The notes under the pieces: model-generated | Database searches by the model: none | Told to the model about the DNA's origin: nothing | What the model saw: only the letters and a program-made list of their open reading frames with translations | Part shown: piece by piece, positions 19,272-28,567 of the stretch | How the letters are laid out: each line of letters starts with the position of its first letter | Numbering within the stretch: position 1 is the first letter of the stretch | Assembly (NCBI GenBank): GCA_001786955.1 | Contig: MFUM01000008.1 | Location: forward strand, 11,062 to 75,061 | From: Candidatus Nomurabacteria bacterium RIFCSPHIGHO2_12_FULL_42_19 | GTDB lineage: Bacteria; Patescibacteriota; Minisyncoccia; Phycocordibacterales; UBA9973 | DNA: 64,000 bases | Direction of reading: 5' to 3' | Program-made: the position numbers and the translations under genes

Positions 19272-21152
19272 ATGGAAATCAGGAACATAGCAATTATAGC
19301 TCACGTGGACCACGGCAAGACGACTTTGACCGATGCGCTGATGAAGCAAAACGGTGGGCTTCAAGACGAGGGAGTATCAATGGATTCGAACGATCTTGAA
19401 AAAGAGCGCGGTATTACCATTTATTCTAAAAACACTTCTATCTACTATAAAGACACGAAAATTAATATTGTTGATACTCCCGGTCACGCGGATTTCGGTT
19501 CAGAAGTAGAACGCGTTCTTCGGGCTGTTGACTCGGTTTTACTGCTAGTCGACAGCGCGGAAGGGCCGATGCCGCAGACCCGGTTCGTTTTGAAAAAGTC
19601 TTTGGAACTGGGGCTGAAGCCGATAGTTGTCATAAATAAAATAGACAAACCAGCTTCCGACCCGCACAGGGTGCACGAGGAAATTCTGGAATTATTTTTT
19701 GAATTGGGGGCTAATGAAGAACAGGCAAATTTTGAAACGGTTTATGCAATCGGGCGCGAAGGACTGGCTTTTAGAAACTACCCCACCCCAACCCTCCCCA
19801 AAGGAGAGGGGGAAATTCACAGTCTCCCCCTTGGGGGGAGAGAAAGAGGGGGTGATCTCTCGCCGCTCCTTGACGTAATTTTGGAAAAAGTTCCGCCGGC
19901 TTCCGTAAATGAAAATGGAAAAATGTCCGCGCAAGTTTTTAATCTGGGTTATGATAATTTCTTGGGTCGGATGGCTGTTGCGCGTATTTATTCCGGAAAA
20001 ATATTGTCCGGAAGTCAGATTTTTGTAAAAGGAGAAAACGGCACAAGAAAGGGAAAAATAACGAAGCTTTTTAGTTTTAAGGGCATAGCGAGAAAAGAAA
20101 CAGATTCGGCAATTTCCGGCGACATCGTTCTTTTGGCCGGAATTCCGGACATATATATCGGGGAAACATTATGCGAAGACGAGAGTATCGAGCCGCTCCC
20201 GCATATCGCCATTGATGAGCCGACTCTTTCTCTCAATTTTTTAGTGAACGATTCTCCGTTTGCGGGTCGGGAAGGGAAATTTGTCACTTCTAGACAGCTT
20301 AAAGAAAGGCTGGAAAAAGAATTGGAAATCAACGTCGGCCTCAAAGTTGATTTTTCCCTGCCTGCGCAGACAGGTCCCGACCAAGGCAAAAATAAAATGG
20401 GTCCGTCTTTTTTCAAGGTATACGGCCGGGGAGAACTTCATGTTGCTATTCTGCTGGAAAATATGCGCCGGGAAGGTTTTGAAATGCAGGTATCCCAGCC
20501 GGAAGTTATTATCAAAGAAAATAATGGAGTTAAGACAGAGCCATATGAAGAGTTGATAGTTGATGTTCCGATGGAATATTCCGGAGGGGCGATTGAAAAA
20601 CTCAGCAAAAGGCGCGGTATTATGAAAGACATGGTGGAAAAAGAGGGCATTGCGAGGATTATTTTTGACATACCGACGCGTGGGCTATTGGGTTATCGCG
20701 GCGAATTTATCATAGATACGAAGGGAGAAGGCATAATGTCTTCGCGGGTTACGGGTTTTAAAGAATACGCCGGAGAAATAAAAAAGCGCGAATACGGTTC
20801 CATGACATCCATGGTCGCCGGCAAGGCAGTAGCTTTTTCCCTTGCAAATTTACAGGAACGTGGTATATTATATATTAGTCACGGAACCGAGGTTTATGAA
20901 GGCATGGTGGTTGGCAATGTTTTAAAAGGGGATGACATGTCGGTGAATCCCACAAAAGGGAAACAGCTTACCAATATGCGGGCTTCCGGCACAGACGAAG
21001 CCATAATCCTGAATCCTGTTTTTATTTTGAATATTGAGCGCGGCCTAGAAGTGATGAACGGAGATGATTATTTGGAAATCACGCCGAAATTTGTTAGACT
21101 CCGCAAGAAGTATCTGACGGAACTTGACCGGGTTAAGGCAAAGAGACAATAG
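19272..21152 (+). CDS. typA: Translational GTPase TypA/BipA
   Basis: IRNIAIIAHVDHGKTTL, ERGITI, DTPGHADF, GRGELH, VNPTKGKQLTNMRASG. Confidence 0.97.
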   Translation: MEIRNIAIIAHVDHGKTTLTDALMKQNGGLQDEGVSMDSNDLEKERGITIYSKNTSIYYKDTKINIVDTPGHADFGSEVERVLRAVDSVLLLVDSAEGPMPQTRFVLKKSLELGLKPIVVINKIDKPASDPHRVHEEILELFFELGANEEQANFETVYAIGREGLAFRNYPTPTLPKGEGEIHSLPLGGRERGGDLSPLLDVILEKVPPASVNENGKMSAQVFNLGYDNFLGRMAVARIYSGKILSGSQIFVKGENGTRKGKITKLFSFKGIARKETDSAISGDIVLLAGIPDIYIGETLCEDESIEPLPHIAIDEPTLSLNFLVNDSPFAGREGKFVTSRQLKERLEKELEINVGLKVDFSLPAQTGPDQGKNKMGPSFFKVYGRGELHVAILLENMRREGFEMQVSQPEVIIKENNGVKTEPYEELIVDVPMEYSGGAIEKLSKRRGIMKDMVEKEGIARIIFDIPTRGLLGYRGEFIIDTKGEGIMSSRVTGFKEYAGEIKKREYGSMTSMVAGKAVAFSLANLQERGILYISHGTEVYEGMVVGNVLKGDDMSVNPTKGKQLTNMRASGTDEAIILNPVFILNIERGLEVMNGDDYLEITPKFVRLRKKYLTELDRVKAKRQ

Positions 21153-21189
21153 GATTAACTTTAGAAAAAATAACTTTTAACCAATAATT

Positions 21190-22218
21190 ATGTCAGCAAT
21201 ATCTTTCAAGCCTAAAAAAGTCACCAAGAAAATAACTTCGCATCTTCAAGACCGCGCTTCGGACGTGATTATGAATCGTTTTGGCTTGACTTCTGACGGA
21301 AAGAAAAAAACTCTCGAAGAAATCGGCAAAAAATACAATATCACCAGAGAGCGCGTCCGGCAGGTGGAAGATGCAGCTCTGGCTCTCATCAAAAAGTCTA
21401 ACGCCTACAAGGGTGAACAGGCGGTTTTTGAAGAACTGAAGCAATTAATACACAAGCTGGGGTCAATTGTTGCCGAGCACGAACTCTTGTCTTATATTTC
21501 AAAGGACCAAACAACCCAAAACCACATTCATTTTTTCTTGGTGCTGGGCGATGCTTTTAAAAAATACCGTGAAGACGAGCATTTCCACGCCCGCTGGAGC
21601 GTAGATGATGCCATGACCGACAAAGTCCATGATTCTTTGAAGAAGCTTTACGCCAGCCTGAAAGACGAGGACCTTGTTCCGGAAACTGAAATGATTAAGA
21701 AGTTTTTTGACCAAATGAAAGATTTCGCGGAACAATACAAAAACGAAGAAGTGGCCCGCCGATGGCTTTCTATGTCCAAATCTGTCGCGAAAAATCCATT
21801 AGGCGAATGGGGCAAGGCCTCTTCGCCCAATATCCGTACTCGCGGGGTCAAAGATTATGCTTTTCTGGTGATGCGGCGCCATGGCTCGCCGATGCATTTC
21901 AGAGAAGTGGCGGATGCTATCTCTAAAACTTTCGGCAAGAAAACGCACTATGCCACCTGCCACAACGAGCTTATCAAAGATTCCCGGTTTGTTTTGGTCG
22001 GCAGAGGCATGTATGCTCTTGCCGAATGGGGCTATAAGACGGGTATTGCCCGTGAAGTCATTCAGGATATCTTGAGAAGAGAAGGGCCGCTATCCAAAGA
22101 TGAAGTTGTAAAAAAAATGATGAAAGAAAGGTATTTCAAAAAAAATACCATTTTGGTAAATTTGGCTAATCCGAAATATTTCAAGAAAAACAAAAGCGGG
22201 CTTTATACTGTTGTTTAA
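21190..22218 (+). CDS. Sigma-70 region 4-like HTH plus winged-HTH DNA-binding protein
   Basis: RFGL...[20 protein letters not shown] at the N-terminus; PMHFREVA...[25 protein letters not shown] near the C-terminus. Confidence 0.75.
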   Translation: MSAISFKPKKVTKKITSHLQDRASDVIMNRFGLTSDGKKKTLEEIGKKYNITRERVRQVEDAALALIKKSNAYKGEQAVFEELKQLIHKLGSIVAEHELLSYISKDQTTQNHIHFFLVLGDAFKKYREDEHFHARWSVDDAMTDKVHDSLKKLYASLKDEDLVPETEMIKKFFDQMKDFAEQYKNEEVARRWLSMSKSVAKNPLGEWGKASSPNIRTRGVKDYAFLVMRRHGSPMHFREVADAISKTFGKKTHYATCHNELIKDSRFVLVGRGMYALAEWGYKTGIAREVIQDILRREGPLSKDEVVKKMMKERYFKKNTILVNLANPKYFKKNKSGLYTVV

Positions 22219-22221
22219 AAA

Positions 22222-22298
22222 ACTCTCCCCCAGTCTCTCCCTTGTCAGGGCGAGGAAAAAAGCAGCAAGTTCCCTTGATAAGGGGGACATAGGGGGTT
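22222..22298. repeat. Intergenic CCCC/GGGG multi-hairpin element
   Basis: CTCCCTTGTCAGGG and TCCCTTGATAAGGGGGACATAGGGGG; similar to the in-frame element in mnmA at 26132-26205. Confidence 0.75.
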
Positions 22299-22345
22299 TG
22301 TATTTTTTGCTTTGTATTTTTGCATTTCTGTATTAAAATATAAGC

Positions 22346-23695
22346 ATGATTGATGTTGTGATTTTTTGGGCGTATAAGATATTGATAGGTCTTTTACCTG
22401 TGGCTGGAGTGATAGCGCTTGGGTGGGTTGCTTGGAAATTCTGGGTTCACTACATACAGCAGGATTTTATTTCCGGAATAGACTTTGTCCTGCTTGAAAT
22501 AGTCCCGCCGCGCGATGTTTTACGGAGTCCGAAAGCAATGGAACTTTTTATAACTAATGCTCTTTATCACTGGAGCATGAAAGGAGGCAAGGAAGAATAT
22601 TGGCAAGGAGCCGTATGGTTTTGGTTTTCTCTGGAGATTGCGTCGATTGACGGGCAGGTGCATTTTTACATCCGGACGCCGACGCGCATCAGGGGCTTGA
22701 TTGAAACCCAAATGTATGCCCAATATCCCCAGGCGCAAGTCAAGGCAGTGGAGGACTATACTTTGGGAGTTGATGAGATAACTCCCAAGGGCGCCTGGAA
22801 CGGCTGGGGGTGCGAATTTAAGCTGACGAAACCCGAGGCGTTTCCTATCAGAACTTATGTTGATTATGGATTGGATAAAGACCCGGACGAGGAAGTGAAA
22901 GTTGACCCTATTTCTCCGGTGGTGGAATTTTTCGGGTCGCTAGGGAAAGGAGAACAAGCATGGATGCAGATTATTGTTACACCTTCAAAGAAAGTATATC
23001 GTACTAAGGGGACATTGTTTGGATATCACGACTGGGTTAGAGAATCCAGATTGCAGGTAGAAAAGTTTTTGAAACCTTTTACCCGTTTTCACCCGGACCC
23101 GACCGAACCCGGAAGATATGCGAAAGAAATTCGCGTTCCGGGATTTTTGGATGCTACCATGAAGGCCATGAGCGCGAAAACCTCCAAGCTTGGCTTTGAT
23201 ACCGGGGTTAGGTTAATGTATGTTGCCAAGAAAGAGATATATCCTCCAGGTTCTAGAACCAATAATTCTAGAGATATCCGTTTAGTTTTGCGTCAATATG
23301 CGAAACCTGACTGTAATGAGTTTTATCGCATAAATTCAGCCCAAGGAGATGCTCTTAATAGCAGCATACTTACGCTTTCCCGTTTTCAAGTAATGACTTT
23401 AGCAAATAGAATGCTTCATGAATATCGCGAAAGAGCATTTTTCCATCTCCCTCTTAGGCATCATATTTTTTCCGTACATATTTTTGAAGCTATATTTCCA
23501 AAACCCATTATTCATGCAATATTCATGACTATGATAAAACCATTTTTCTTGCCTTATGTGCACCACAAAACTTTCGTCTTAAATACCGAGGAGTTGGCGA
23601 CGATGTGGCACTTCCCGGGCCAGATTTTGAAAGTTCCTACTCTTGAACGCATTGAGTCCAAGGAAGCTTCTCCTCCTTCGAACTTACCGACTTAA
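22346..23695 (+). CDS. Conserved CPR membrane-anchored protein, similar to domains associated with VirB4/VirD4-like ATPases
   Basis: N-terminal TM, LLEIVPP....SPKAME, FSLEIAS.DG.VHFYI, YAQYP, PIRTY, VLNTEELATMWHFP. Family assignment is from recall. Confidence 0.6.
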   Translation: MIDVVIFWAYKILIGLLPVAGVIALGWVAWKFWVHYIQQDFISGIDFVLLEIVPPRDVLRSPKAMELFITNALYHWSMKGGKEEYWQGAVWFWFSLEIASIDGQVHFYIRTPTRIRGLIETQMYAQYPQAQVKAVEDYTLGVDEITPKGAWNGWGCEFKLTKPEAFPIRTYVDYGLDKDPDEEVKVDPISPVVEFFGSLGKGEQAWMQIIVTPSKKVYRTKGTLFGYHDWVRESRLQVEKFLKPFTRFHPDPTEPGRYAKEIRVPGFLDATMKAMSAKTSKLGFDTGVRLMYVAKKEIYPPGSRTNNSRDIRLVLRQYAKPDCNEFYRINSAQGDALNSSILTLSRFQVMTLANRMLHEYRERAFFHLPLRHHIFSVHIFEAIFPKPIIHAIFMTMIKPFFLPYVHHKTFVLNTEELATMWHFPGQILKVPTLERIESKEASPPSNLPT

Positions 23696-23698
23696 ATT

Positions 23699-24616
23699 AT
23701 GGAAAATGAAGAATTAAAAAGCTCTAATGGGATGGATAAAACCAGGAAAATTATTTTTTGCTTTTTGGGCGTATTTTTGTTTTTTATTTTAGTTTATATT
23801 TTTACTATTTCTGCTCCAAAGAATTTTCCCAAAGGCGTTATTTTTAACATAGAGCAAGGAGCCAGCTTAAGAAGCGTGTCTTTTAATTTGAAGAAAACGA
23901 ATATCATACGATCCCGTATTTTATTTGAGGCCTTCGTCATTATATATGGCGGAGACAAGCATGTTATTTCTGCTGATTATTTATTTGAAAATAAAATTCC
24001 AGTTTTTGAAGCTGCCAGGCGCATCTCCAGAGGTGAACGCCATTTGGCTCCCGTTAAAATTACGATTCCGGAAGGTTTTACTACCGAAGACATAGCATCC
24101 GCCTGCATTTCCAAGCTTCCATATTTTGATAAAGAAAAATTTTTGCTTTCCGCGAAAGGGTCCGAGGGGTATCTTTTCCCGGATACTTATTTCTTTTTTA
24201 CCACTGCAGACGAGAGAGATGTAATTAAATCCTTAACTGACAATTTTCAGAAGAAAGTTTCTTTTTTAGATAAGGATATAATACAAAATGGCAAGAGCAG
24301 GGAAGACATTATCACAATGGCTTCAATCATCGAGAGGGAGGCAAAGGGGGATATCGATAGGGGAGTCATTTCCGGGATTTTATGGAAAAGGATTAAAATC
24401 GGCATGCCGCTTCAGGCTGATGCTGCGCCCGGGACTTATAAAACAAAAGGATTACCCAAGAGTCCGATTTCAAACCCCGGATTGGAAGCCATAAAAGCGG
24501 CTATTTATCCGCAAAATTCGCCTTATCTTTACTATCTGCACGACAAAAATGGCATTATCCATTATGCGAAAAATTTTACGGAACATATGAAAAATATATC
24601 AAAATACTTAAAATAA
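23699..24616 (+). CDS. mltG: Endolytic transglycosylase MltG
   Basis: ITIPEGFT, EGYLFPDTY, MASIIERE, LQADA, GLPKSPISNPG, YLYYLHD. Confidence 0.93.
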   Translation: MENEELKSSNGMDKTRKIIFCFLGVFLFFILVYIFTISAPKNFPKGVIFNIEQGASLRSVSFNLKKTNIIRSRILFEAFVIIYGGDKHVISADYLFENKIPVFEAARRISRGERHLAPVKITIPEGFTTEDIASACISKLPYFDKEKFLLSAKGSEGYLFPDTYFFFTTADERDVIKSLTDNFQKKVSFLDKDIIQNGKSREDIITMASIIEREAKGDIDRGVISGILWKRIKIGMPLQADAAPGTYKTKGLPKSPISNPGLEAIKAAIYPQNSPYLYYLHDKNGIIHYAKNFTEHMKNISKYLK

Positions 24617-24617
24617 A

Positions 24618-25145
24618 ATGAGAAAACACAATTTTGCTTTTATTGACATAGAAACTACCGGACTGGATGTTATTAATCATGAAATCATTGAAATCGGTTG
24701 CGTCTTGACGACACCCGAACTTCAAGTTATAGAAGAATTTGAAATGAAAATAAAGCCGGAACACCTGGAAAATGCCGATCCGGTTTCGCTTAAAATCAGT
24801 CATTACGAGGAGAATTTATGGACGGATGCACTTACACTCAAAGAAGCGATTAAAACATTGTCGGAAAAAGTTCAGGATGCGATTATGGTCGGGCAGAATG
24901 TTGCTTTTGATTCGGGCTTTTTAGAACATGCATTTTCTAAAACCGGAGTAAAAAATAGCATGCATTATCACAAACTAGATACCATTGCTATCGCTTGGGC
25001 GAAGTTTCATCAAGATACGAGCTTCGAGCATTTTTCACTTCGGGAAATGTGCGAGCGTTTCGGCATAAAAAATGAACGCTCTCATACCGCCCTTTCTGAC
25101 GCGCGCGCGACTTTTGAGCTTTACAAAAAGCTGATGTCTATATAG
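24618..25145 (+). CDS. DEDDh 3'-5' exonuclease (DnaQ/oligoribonuclease-like)
   Basis: FIDIETTGLD, VGQNVAFD, HTALSDA. Confidence 0.9.
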   Translation: MRKHNFAFIDIETTGLDVINHEIIEIGCVLTTPELQVIEEFEMKIKPEHLENADPVSLKISHYEENLWTDALTLKEAIKTLSEKVQDAIMVGQNVAFDSGFLEHAFSKTGVKNSMHYHKLDTIAIAWAKFHQDTSFEHFSLREMCERFGIKNERSHTALSDARATFELYKKLMSI

Positions 25146-25157
25146 AATCAAATTGTC

Positions 25158-25269
25158 AAACTTTTCGAAACATGAATTTTTCCGGTACGGATTTTTTAAA
25201 GCTTAAAAAATCCTGAAATTCTCGCGCCGTCGCGCTCGAAACCCCTTCAAAATTATGTTTCAAAAAGTT
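25158..25269 (+). mobile_element. ~110-bp MITE-like element, copy 1
   Basis: Imperfect terminal inverted repeats and internal hairpin GGATTTTTT..AAAAAATCC. A homologous inverted copy is at 41456-41568. Confidence 0.7.
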
Positions 25270-25278
25270 CTATTATTT

Positions 25279-26433
25279 ATGAAGAAAAAAAAAGTATTTG
25301 TCGGACTTTCGGGGGGCGTAGATAGCGCTGTGAGTGCTGCAATCCTGAAGAAAAAAAATTATGAAGTTGTCGGGGTTTTTATCAAAACCTGGCACCCGGA
25401 CTTTTTAATATGCAATGAAGAAGAAGAACGCCGGGACGCTATGCGTGTGGCGGCCTTTTTAGATATCCCATTCCTGGCTTTTGATTTTGAAGATGTATAT
25501 AAAAAAGAAGTTGCCGATTATATGATTAGGGAATATAAAGCCGGCAAAACGCCTAATCCGGATGTGATGTGTAACAAAGAAGTGAAGTTCGGCATTTTTC
25601 TTAAAAAAGCGTTGTCTATGGGGGCGGATTATATAGCGACAGGACATTATGCAAGAGTGAGCGGGGCAGGGAATTCTTTTTCTCGGGAATATCCTGCTTC
25701 GCATCGTCACCACTCAAAAAAGTATTCCCTGCTCCGCTCCCCGGATAACACGAAAGACCAGAGTTATTTTCTTTGGACGCTCAAACAGGAGCAATTAAAG
25801 AAGATTTTATTTCCCATCGGGCATTTAAAAAAAACGAAAGTCCGCAAATTGGCAAAAAAATTCAATTTACCGGTTGCGGAAAAAAAAGACAGCCAAGGCA
25901 TATGCTTTTTGGGCGCGGTGGATTTAAAAGAATTTTTAAAGCATTATATCAAGTCTAAAAAGGGGAAAGTGTTGGACGAAAAAGGAGAAGAAATAGGTTT
26001 TCACGATGGCGTTGCATTTCATACACTGGGAGAAAGGCATGGTTTCACGATTACTAAAAAAAGTCCGGCTGGCGGTCCGTATTACATAGTAGGCAAAAAT
26101 GTAAAGAAGAATATTTTAATTGCTTCTCAAATCCCCCCTGATAAGGGGGGACAAAGGGGGGTTGAATTTAAAAAACCCCTCCCGACCTCCCCTTATCAAG
26201 GGAGGCTAAAAATACAAATAGAAAATACAAATTGGATTACTAAAGTCCCAAACCCAAAAAAGACTTACACGGCTCAAATCCGCTATCATGGCGAATTTTT
26301 ACCCTGCAAAGTAATTTGCGCAAAGTCGAATTTTGCACAGGTGATTTTTGAAAAGCCGATTTTAGTTGCCTCCGGCCAGTCTTGTGTTGTTTATGACAAA
26401 GATATTTGCTTGGGCGGGGGAGTAGTTGTATGA
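25279..26433 (+). CDS. mnmA: tRNA 2-thiouridylase MnmA
   Basis: SGGVDSAV, TPNPDVMCNKEVKF, ATGHY, KDQSYFL, KKDSQGICF, GQSCVVY. Confidence 0.96.
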   Translation: MKKKKVFVGLSGGVDSAVSAAILKKKNYEVVGVFIKTWHPDFLICNEEEERRDAMRVAAFLDIPFLAFDFEDVYKKEVADYMIREYKAGKTPNPDVMCNKEVKFGIFLKKALSMGADYIATGHYARVSGAGNSFSREYPASHRHHSKKYSLLRSPDNTKDQSYFLWTLKQEQLKKILFPIGHLKKTKVRKLAKKFNLPVAEKKDSQGICFLGAVDLKEFLKHYIKSKKGKVLDEKGEEIGFHDGVAFHTLGERHGFTITKKSPAGGPYYIVGKNVKKNILIASQIPPDKGGQRGVEFKKPLPTSPYQGRLKIQIENTNWITKVPNPKKTYTAQIRYHGEFLPCKVICAKSNFAQVIFEKPILVASGQSCVVYDKDICLGGGVVV

Positions 26434-26440
26434 TATATCT

Positions 26441-26914
26441 ATGACTCAATTTTTTGCACAAAATAGTGAAATTATTATTAGATTATTAATAGCGGGAGGT
26501 CTTGGATTATTAATAGGGGGGGAAAGGCTTTTTGTACACAAAGAAGCCGGCATGAAGACTCATGCGCTTGTGTCGATGGGTTCAGCTTTGTTTGTAATTA
26601 TTTCGGAAATGATTGCCATTAAATATTCCAGTATTGGAGGTTTTGATCCGACGAGAATTGCTTCACAAATCATTGTCGGTATTGGATTTTTGGGCGCCGG
26701 GTCAATAATGTTACAAGGCTCCAGATTGAAAGGTCTAACCACAGCCAGTGGCCTCTGGGTAACAGCCGGCATAGGTATGGCTGCCGGTTTTGGATTTTTT
26801 AGTTTGGCTGTTATAACCATGGTTCTTGTGCTTTTTGTTTTTGTAGTTGTGAATAAATTTGAGAAGCCTATTAGAAAAATTTCCGAGAACAGTGAAGAGC
26901 AAGATTTTAATTAA
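26441..26914 (+). CDS. MgtC/SapB family membrane protein
   Basis: IGGER...KEAGMKTH, DPTRIASQIIVGIGFLGAG, GLTTASGLW. Confidence 0.92.
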   Translation: MTQFFAQNSEIIIRLLIAGGLGLLIGGERLFVHKEAGMKTHALVSMGSALFVIISEMIAIKYSSIGGFDPTRIASQIIVGIGFLGAGSIMLQGSRLKGLTTASGLWVTAGIGMAAGFGFFSLAVITMVLVLFVFVVVNKFEKPIRKISENSEEQDFN

Positions 26915-28563
26915 TGAAACAAATGCAATCGGAAGAGATTAGGTCCAGGTTTTTAAAATTTTTTTCCGCCAAAGGCGGACCCGCCTCGGGCGGGGAAGGG
27001 CATAAAATAATTCCTTCCGCTTCTTTGGTGCCGGAAAACGACCCTTCGGTGCTTTTTACGACTGCCGGAATGCAGCAATTCAAGCTGTATTATACGGGCG
27101 AAAAAAATGCGGAAAAAGATTTTGAAACAAAAAATGTTGTTTCTGTACAAAAATGCATCAGAACTTCGGATATAGACGAAGTAGGGGACGACACGCATAA
27201 CACATTTTTTGAAATGTTGGGCAACTTCTCTTTCGGCGGGTATTGGAAGAAAGAAGCCATAGAATATGCTTATGAATTTATCACACAAGAATTGGAACTC
27301 ACGATAGATTATGTTTCTGTTTTTGAAGGAGATGCGGAAACGTCAGCCGACAATGAATCAAGAGAAATCTGGAAAAATATTAACCCGAAACTTGTTATTA
27401 AAAATCACAATCGCGCGGATAATTTTTGGGGACCAACTGGGGATGAAGGCCCCTGTGGCCCGACGACGGAGATATATATAAATGGGGTAGAAATATGGAA
27501 TATTGTTTTTAACGAGTTTTATAAAACCAAAGAAGGGAAGTATGAGCCTTTAAAAATAAAAGGAATTGATACGGGCATGGGACTTGAGAGACTTTTAGTG
27601 CAGGTGCAAAAGAAAAATAATATTTACGAGACTGATTTATTTAATAATGAAAAAACTAGAGAAGAACGCATCGTGGCTGACCACGTGAAAGCAGCTCTTT
27701 TTATGATTTCCGACGGAGTTACTCCTTCAAATACAGGAACTGGATATGTTTTACGGAGATTAATCAGGCGAGCAGTTAGATTTTCTAAAAATCCACTAAA
27801 GGAAGAAATTAAGAAAATTCAAAAAATATATAAAGATGTATATGTTTTAGATAGTAAAAGAGAAATAGAGAAAGAAGAAAATAAATTTAAAGAAACTTTA
27901 AATAAAGGTTTGAGAGAATTTGAAAAAGGCATTGATCCTTTTATTTTGGCAACTACTTATGGTTTTCCAATTGAATTAACTCTCGAACTTGCCAAAGAAA
28001 AAGGCCAAAATATAGACCTGGAAGATTTTAATAATAAACTAAAAGCGCATGTTATGCTTTCCCAGACTTCCTCGGCCGGAATGTTCAAGGGCGGGTTGGC
28101 TAATCACAATGAAAAAACAATAAAACTGCATACCGCTCACCACTTGCTCCTGGCGGGCCTACAGGCCATTGTGAGCCCGGAAATCAAGCAAAGGGGGAGC
28201 AACATTACCGAAGAGCGCTTACGCATGGATTTTTTATGCGACCATAAATTGACCGACGAGGAGAAGAAAAAAGTAGAAGATTGGGTAAATGACAAAATCA
28301 AGGAAGGTTTAAATATTGAACGCCGCGAAATGCCTCTAGCTGAAGCGAAAAAAATCGGAGCCGAAATGGAATTTGGCGCCAAATATCCGGATGTTGTATC
28401 CCTGTATTTCATAGAAGATAAAAACGGCAATCCTGTTTCTAAAGAATTTTGCGGAGGTCCGCACGTAAAAAATACCTCAGAATTGGGCCGATTTAAAATT
28501 CAAAAAGAAGAAGCGGTGGCACAGGGAATCAGGCGTATAAAGGCTGCACTTATGCTACAATAA
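26914..28563 (+). CDS. alaS: Alanine--tRNA ligase (short form, no C-Ala domain)
   Basis: DPSVLFTTAGMQ, QKCIR, FFEMLGNFSFG, IDTGMGLER, HTAHHLL and EFCGGPH editing motifs; ends just after GIRRIKA. Confidence 0.95.
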   Translation: MKQMQSEEIRSRFLKFFSAKGGPASGGEGHKIIPSASLVPENDPSVLFTTAGMQQFKLYYTGEKNAEKDFETKNVVSVQKCIRTSDIDEVGDDTHNTFFEMLGNFSFGGYWKKEAIEYAYEFITQELELTIDYVSVFEGDAETSADNESREIWKNINPKLVIKNHNRADNFWGPTGDEGPCGPTTEIYINGVEIWNIVFNEFYKTKEGKYEPLKIKGIDTGMGLERLLVQVQKKNNIYETDLFNNEKTREERIVADHVKAALFMISDGVTPSNTGTGYVLRRLIRRAVRFSKNPLKEEIKKIQKIYKDVYVLDSKREIEKEENKFKETLNKGLREFEKGIDPFILATTYGFPIELTLELAKEKGQNIDLEDFNNKLKAHVMLSQTSSAGMFKGGLANHNEKTIKLHTAHHLLLAGLQAIVSPEIKQRGSNITEERLRMDFLCDHKLTDEEKKKVEDWVNDKIKEGLNIERREMPLAEAKKIGAEMEFGAKYPDVVSLYFIEDKNGNPVSKEFCGGPHVKNTSELGRFKIQKEEAVAQGIRRIKAALMLQ

Positions 28564-28567
28564 CATT

